Shown in pieces: positions 18,373 through 23,501 of a stretch of 23,501 nt of DNA. The translations under genes were made by a program, and so were the position numbers. A model generated the notes under the pieces. The model saw nothing but the letters and a program-made list of their open reading frames with translations, did not search any database and was not told the DNA's origin. Source of the stretch: Thainema sp. (GTDB lineage: Bacteria > Cyanobacteriota > Cyanobacteriia > Phormidesmidales > Phormidesmidaceae); the NCBI GenBank assembly GCA_052168235.1, contig JBQLZK010000085.1:1-23501 (forward strand), in the 5' to 3' direction. Numbering within the stretch: position 1 is the stretch's first letter; the number at the start of each line of letters is the position of its first letter.

Positions 18373-19389
18373 ATGAAACCAGCCTCGAATAATACAATTG
18401 TACCATTTTTGCTGGTCATCTGTGGGCCAACAGCAACGGGTAAGACCGGGCTTTCACTAGCAATCGCAGATCGCCTGACGGCCAATCAGCAACCAGCGGT
18501 CATCCTCAGCGCTGACTCTCGCCAAGTGTATCGCCACTTTGATATCGGTACTGCCAAACCTGCGATCGCAGATCAGCAACACGTCCCTCACTACCTGATT
18601 GACATCTGTGAGCCAACAGCGACTCTAACGTTAGCGGAATATCAGCAAGATGCTCAACATTTAATTGCAAAGTTTCATGCCGAAGGCACTGTTCCTCTGC
18701 TGGTCGGTGGCACAGGGCTTTACATCCGTTCTGTGATTCGGGGATTGAAAATTCCTGCCGTGCCCCCCCATCCAGAGTTGCGATCGCAGCTCGCCGACCT
18801 CGGCCAATCCTTGTGCCACCAGCTCTTGCAGCAGATTGATCCACTATCCGCTCAGCGCATTCACCCTAACGATCAGGTGCGTACCCTGCGCGCCTTGGAA
18901 ATCTACTACGTCACGGGCCAAACCATGTCCGACCAGCAGGGCGAGAACCCGCCAGATTACCCCATTTTGCAGATTGGCTTAGACTGTTTTGAACCGGGAC
19001 GATTGCGCGATCGCATTGAGCAGCGCACCCGCGAGATGATGAAAATGGGTTTTGTAGACGAAGTGAGATCGCTCCAGCAGCGCTTTGGTGCTGATTTGCC
19101 GCTCCTAAATACGCTAGGCTATCAGGAAGTTGCTCAGTATCTTGCCGGAGACATTGGTTATAAAGACGCGATTGAGTTAACGGTGCAGCATACGCGTCAG
19201 TTTGCCAAGCGCCAGCGCACGTGGTTTCGCGCCGATGATACGATTCACTGGTTTGACTCAGAAGATCCCAATTTAGTTGAACAAGTCTGGACAACGATTC
19301 AGGACTTTACGTCTGATGGGCTCTCGGGGTGTCCAGCTGCCGCTCAGCTCCCTACATATCCACACTGCGGGGACGACCATCGGGTTTAG
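18373..19389 (+). CDS. miaA: tRNA (adenosine(37)-N6)-dimethylallyltransferase
   Basis: GPTATGKT, SADSRQVYRHFDIGTAKP, VGGTGLY, RIHPND...RALE, TLGYQE, TRQFAKRQRTWF; ATG at 18373 preferred over TTG at 18346. Confidence 0.97.
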   Translation: MKPASNNTIVPFLLVICGPTATGKTGLSLAIADRLTANQQPAVILSADSRQVYRHFDIGTAKPAIADQQHVPHYLIDICEPTATLTLAEYQQDAQHLIAKFHAEGTVPLLVGGTGLYIRSVIRGLKIPAVPPHPELRSQLADLGQSLCHQLLQQIDPLSAQRIHPNDQVRTLRALEIYYVTGQTMSDQQGENPPDYPILQIGLDCFEPGRLRDRIEQRTREMMKMGFVDEVRSLQQRFGADLPLLNTLGYQEVAQYLAGDIGYKDAIELTVQHTRQFAKRQRTWFRADDTIHWFDSEDPNLVEQVWTTIQDFTSDGLSGCPAAAQLPTYPHCGDDHRV

Positions 19390-19718
19390 CGGCTGGAATC
19401 AGCGGTTTAATATTCTCCATCCTTATTTAAACATCGTCTAAACTGGCATATTTTGATGACAAGAGCCACAGCGCCAGGCAAGTTTTCCTAAATGAATATG
19501 GCGCAACAAAACATCAGAACAGCAAAGACAAACATGCCTATTCGTCATTGATTGGTGAGTTACTGACAGAACAGCCTGTGACTGTAGTCGAGTCAAAACT
19601 TGCATTGAGTTTATGTTAATCTCGTTGGTATTTTATATTCAATTGATTGACCCATCACACCATGTTTAAACTTTTAGAACGCAAGAATCTTTAGCCATAT
19701 TTATTGTGATTAATCGCT

Positions 19719-19904
19719 TTATTCAACGAATTGTCGCAGACTATCTGGATCAACATAATGACAGGTTGCGTCATCCAGACAAATGAGCGCCCAACCGAAT
19801 TTGTCTACTCGAATCAGCTTATAAGGTGCATCTTGTACGAATGATCCTTTGTGATTTCGAGTATTAGCTTCAACTTCAATGTTGTAGATATTATTAGCAA
19901 TCAT
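19719..19904 (-). CDS. Small hypothetical protein, 61 aa
   Basis: ATG at 19904 preceded by TAAGGAAAATTAAA (SD-like); globular-looking sequence YKLIRVDKFGWALICLDDATCHYVDPDSL; only ORF of this size in an 800-bp intergenic gap. Confidence 0.6.
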   Translation of the reverse strand: MIANNIYNIEVEANTRNHKGSFVQDAPYKLIRVDKFGWALICLDDATCHYVDPDSLRQFVE

Positions 19905-20200
19905 TTTAATTTTCCTTATGAAGGCGAAAGTCGCCAAGAATCAATCGATTTTGAATCAATGCTGAAATTCAATAAAAATGTAAACGAATAAAATGCAATC
20001 TAACGAAACCCATTCATTTGTTGATTTATTTAACTAATTTAATCCTATCTTAAAAAACGGAAACATTACATCAACTTATATGAAGCGCCACCACGGGTTG
20101 TTCGAGCAACAGATCGGTAAACAGATCAGTAAAGGGAACAAGAAAGAGAACAAGATTATAAAATTGGAGTTTTAAGCAAGGTCATCCAGTAAGGTCATCA

Positions 20201-22636
20201 ATGCCAGATAGCTTGTCTCTTCAAATGCCTATCTTAGAGTGGTTCCAGCGCCAGAGCTGGCAGCCGCTACCGTTTCAATTAGCCGCATGGCAGGCATACT
20301 GGCAGGGACACAGCGGCTTAATTCAAGTTCCCACTGGATCAGGTAAAACCTACGCCTCGGTCATGGGTGCGATCTCAGAAATTCTCTCCCAGCCAGAGAA
20401 CCCAAAAGGCTTGCAGATCCTCTACATCACACCGCTGCGGGCGCTGTCGCGGGACATTGAGCAGGCCATCCGCCGACCGATTGAGGAAATGGGCTGGGAC
20501 TTACAGGTGGAGTCGCGCACCGGGGACACTAGCTCCTCGCGCAAGTCGCGCCAGTTAAAGCACATGCCGCACATTCTAATCACCACGCCCGAATCGCTGG
20601 CGGTGATGCTGTCGTATAAAGGCGCAGATCAGCTCTTCAAATCCTTGCGGGCTGTGGTATTAGACGAATGGCATGAACTGCTTAGTTCCAAACGGGGCAC
20701 GCAGACGGAACTTTGCGTATCGCAGCTGAAGCTGATTCAGCCGCAGGTGAAAATCTGGGCCGTGTCGGCCACTCTGGGCAATCTAGAGGAAGCCGCTCAG
20801 GCCGCAATTGGCACTGATCGGCAACCGCAAATCATCCAGTCCAACATCAAACGAGAAACGGTAATCCGCAGCGTTCTGCCAGAGTCAGTTGATAGTTTCC
20901 CCTGGGCCGGACATCTGGGTTTGCGGCTGTTTGAGGAGTTGGTCGCAGCGCTGGATATCAACAAGTCCACGCTGATTTTCACCAATACGCGATCGCAGGC
21001 GGAACGCTGGTATCAGGCGTTGGAATATGCCCTGCCGGAAATGTGCGATCGCATTGCCCTGCATCACGGTTCCATCGACGTGCAGAACCGGGCGGCGATT
21101 GAAGCTGGGGTGAAGTCCGGCGAGATTAAGTGGGTGGTGTGTACGTCTTCGCTGGATTTGGGCGTCGATTTTCAACCCGTGGAGCGGGTGGTGCAGATTG
21201 GCAGCGCCAAGAACGTAGCGCGACTGCTGCAACGGGCAGGGCGCTCTGCTCACGTACCAGCGGGCACGGCAGAAATTTTCTTCTTGCCTACAAATGCGCT
21301 GGAACTGTTGGAAATCTCAGCGATTCGACGGGCACTTAAAGCCGGAGCAATTGAAAATCGGCGGCCTCGGCACCAGCCCTATGATGTGCTGCTTCAGCAT
21401 TTAGTGACTCTGGCATGTGGAGATGGCTTTGAGCCAGAGCAAACGCTAGCTACAGTTCGCAAAACCATAGCCTATCAGGATTTGACGGAACAGGAGTTTA
21501 GCTGGATGCTAGATTTCCTGGAAAACGGTGGGCGCTGTCTTCATGCCTATCCCCGCTATCGCAAGCTGGTTCAGGTAGATGGGCGCTATCAGGTCACGGA
21601 TGCCCAAATTGTCAAAATGCACCGCATGAGTATCGGCACCATTAGCTCAAATCAGGTGGTCTATTTGAATTACTTGAAAGGCAAACGCATTGGCACCGTT
21701 GAGGAGGGTTTTGTCTCCAAATTGAAGAAAGGCGACGTGTTTTTCTTTGCCGGACGACAGCTAGAGTTTTTCATGATGAAAGACATGGTGGCCTACGTCA
21801 GAAATTCCACCAAAAAGTCTACGGTGACACCCAGTTGGGGCGGCGGTAATTTGGCGATTTCAGATAACCTGAGCCGCTATTTACGAGCAGAAATTCAGCG
21901 AGCGGTTCAGCTTAAAAGACGCAACGACGAATTAACGTGCGTACAGCCACTGATCAAAATTCAGGACAAATTATCCAGAGTGCCAGCCGATGATGAACTG
22001 CTGATTGAAATCTGCAAAACCCGCGAGGGCGAGCATTTATACGTGTATCCCTTTGAAGGTCGGTTTGTACATGAGGGATTAGGTTTTCTGTGGAGCTATC
22101 GATTTGCCAATCAAAAACAGGCTACGTTTACGGTTTCAGTAAACGACTACGGATTTGAAATCCTAGCGCCCAAAGGTTATCCCTTTCAAGAATTATTTAG
22201 CGCTGCCTTTTTTGAAACTGATAACTTACTTGCCGATTTAGAAGCTGGCTTAAATATTTCAGAACTAATGCAGCGCAAATTTCGCGGCATTTCTCAAGTT
22301 GCAGGTTTAGTTTTTAAGGGCTATCCCTCTAGCCGCAAAACGGCAGGACAACTACAAATTAGCTCATCGCTAATTTATGACGTATTCTCCAAATATGAAC
22401 CCGATAATCTGCTGCTACAACAGGCTAAACAGGAGGTTTTGCAAGAACAGCTAGAGTGCGATCGCATTTCGCAAACGCTGCACCGTCTCAGTCAGCTCTC
22501 GGTCGTGTGGCAGAAAACCCAGCGACCATCGCCCTTTGCTTTTCCGCTCCTGGTCGAGCGACTGGGCGCACGGCTGTCCAACGAAAGCCTGATGGATCGA
22601 ATTGAGCGACTGAAGCAACATTGGGAAGTCGTGTAA
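20201..22636 (+). CDS. Lhr-like DEXH helicase, ligase-associated DNA damage response type (TIGR04121-like)
   Basis: PTGSGKT, YITPLRAL, RTGDT, VLDEWHEL, SAT, HHGS, CTSSLDLGVDF, LQRAGRSAH; C-terminal YPFEGRFVHEGL and PSPFAFPLLVER; 811 aa. Confidence 0.92.
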   Translation: MPDSLSLQMPILEWFQRQSWQPLPFQLAAWQAYWQGHSGLIQVPTGSGKTYASVMGAISEILSQPENPKGLQILYITPLRALSRDIEQAIRRPIEEMGWDLQVESRTGDTSSSRKSRQLKHMPHILITTPESLAVMLSYKGADQLFKSLRAVVLDEWHELLSSKRGTQTELCVSQLKLIQPQVKIWAVSATLGNLEEAAQAAIGTDRQPQIIQSNIKRETVIRSVLPESVDSFPWAGHLGLRLFEELVAALDINKSTLIFTNTRSQAERWYQALEYALPEMCDRIALHHGSIDVQNRAAIEAGVKSGEIKWVVCTSSLDLGVDFQPVERVVQIGSAKNVARLLQRAGRSAHVPAGTAEIFFLPTNALELLEISAIRRALKAGAIENRRPRHQPYDVLLQHLVTLACGDGFEPEQTLATVRKTIAYQDLTEQEFSWMLDFLENGGRCLHAYPRYRKLVQVDGRYQVTDAQIVKMHRMSIGTISSNQVVYLNYLKGKRIGTVEEGFVSKLKKGDVFFFAGRQLEFFMMKDMVAYVRNSTKKSTVTPSWGGGNLAISDNLSRYLRAEIQRAVQLKRRNDELTCVQPLIKIQDKLSRVPADDELLIEICKTREGEHLYVYPFEGRFVHEGLGFLWSYRFANQKQATFTVSVNDYGFEILAPKGYPFQELFSAAFFETDNLLADLEAGLNISELMQRKFRGISQVAGLVFKGYPSSRKTAGQLQISSSLIYDVFSKYEPDNLLLQQAKQEVLQEQLECDRISQTLHRLSQLSVVWQKTQRPSPFAFPLLVERLGARLSNESLMDRIERLKQHWEVV

Positions 22637-22702
22637 TTCACCGCACCTTGATTCCCTTCATCGGCATTACGTTGCGGCTCTAATCTAACGCTGGATATTG
22701 GC

Positions 22703-23206
22703 TCAGGCATGGAGCTGTTTCGGCGAAACCTGCGTGACCAGCGCCGTGATCTCTTGAAAAGCTGACTGCATGCCCCGTTCTGCCGTTTCAGAAGTTTGAC
22801 AGCCATCGCCAAATTCGGTCGCCGGCACTTCCAGCCACCAGGCTTGCGGATGATGACCATATACGGAATGAGTCAGCGCCAACAGCGATCGCGGATCGCA
22901 GGAATGGCCAGAGCAGGGCACAGATGATCCCGTCGTTTCACTACCCACTGCATCCAGCGGCTTCATCCTAATCTGATCAGTAGAGGGCATTTTGCAGGCA
23001 TCCACAAAAATCGCATAGTCAGCCTCGGCCAGTTTGCTAGAGAGTTCTGGCGTGAGTCGAGTCACGGCATAAGCCTTAATACCCGGCAGATTCAAGGCTT
23101 CGACTAACCGGGCCAGTTCTGGCCCAATGCCATCATCACCGTGCTGCTGGTTGCCATAGCCAATCAGTACAACGTTGAAAGCTGAGGACTGTGTAGAGGT
23201 TGTCAT
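22703..23206 (-). CDS. Hydrogenase maturation protease family protein (HoxW/HyaD-like)
   Basis: VLIGYGNQQHGDDGIG, RLTPELS, AIFVDA, GHSCDPRSLL, EFGDG; strong RBS AAGGAGG at 23215-23221 on the minus strand. Confidence 0.85.
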   Translation of the reverse strand: MTTSTQSSAFNVVLIGYGNQQHGDDGIGPELARLVEALNLPGIKAYAVTRLTPELSSKLAEADYAIFVDACKMPSTDQIRMKPLDAVGSETTGSSVPCSGHSCDPRSLLALTHSVYGHHPQAWWLEVPATEFGDGCQTSETAERGMQSAFQEITALVTQVSPKQLHA

Positions 23207-23338
23207 CGCTTGTTCCTCCTTGTATGTAGGGATTCCTTATGTGTAAGGGTTAAGGAGAGAGGTTTCTATGTTTAAACCTACTGCGATTTACGGTGTGGCA
23301 TCTGGATTCGGCTCAAAAAGCTAAGAAAATATACTTAC

Positions 23339-23407
23339 GCGAATCAGTATAACTAAATAGGGAGGTGGGGCAATGCTCCATCTCCCTATTTAGTTATACT
23401 GATTCGC
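23339..23407. repeat. 33-bp-arm near-perfect palindrome upstream of the protease gene
   Basis: GCGAATCAGTATAACTAAATAGGGAGGTGGGGC-AAT-GCTCCATCTCCCTATTTAGTTATACTGATTCGC; two mismatches, both G-T on the plus strand. Confidence 0.9.
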
Positions 23408-23449
23408 CAAATTGCAACTACACATAATCTCGGTAGACAAGGGGCTTAA

Positions 23450-23501
23450 GAACCTATCCGAAAACCGATGTTGTTCGGGAGATGAGTGCTTAAGGTGAAG
23501 G
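23450..23501 (+). mobile_element. Putative IS terminus (possibly IS5 family, IS1031 group) at the window edge
   Basis: TAA followed by GAACCTATCCGAAAA; GA-start ends with TWA targets are typical of that group. It follows the half-palindrome GTAGACAAGGGGCTTAA. No transposase visible. Confidence 0.35.

Noticed and set aside
19310..19389. C-terminal extension of MiaA
   Set aside because: About 25 aa tail with no recognisable motif; probably stop-codon drift.

Overview
Cyanobacterial chromosomal DNA: at least 21 HIP1 (GCGATCGC) octamers, cyanobacterial-type ho1, and a divergent gyrB/miaA pair. In order: a 5'-truncated class III adenylate cyclase (+), ylxR (+), heme oxygenase ho1 (-), and an ETR1-like ethylene-binding-domain GAF histidine kinase (-). 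Next come a frameshifted 3' remnant of a lost kinase and two tandem giant Ser/Thr kinase-AAA ATPase-GAF-(PAS)-His kinase paralogues (+). The rest is gyrB (-), miaA (+), a small AT-rich ORF (-), a ligase-associated-type Lhr DEXH helicase (+) and a hydrogenase maturation protease (-). The strongest non-genic signal is a 103-nt nested-hairpin element present twice (4045-4147, 10147-10249) with six compensatory base-pair changes. Two further 30-33 bp palindromes are present. The kinase array shows a deleted third copy, an 81-nt probable gene-conversion tract and a divergent central module. Both window ends look like IS termini, suggesting an IS-bounded contig. No RNA genes, CRISPR array or reverse transcriptase were seen. 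All counts were made by eye; no database searches were run.
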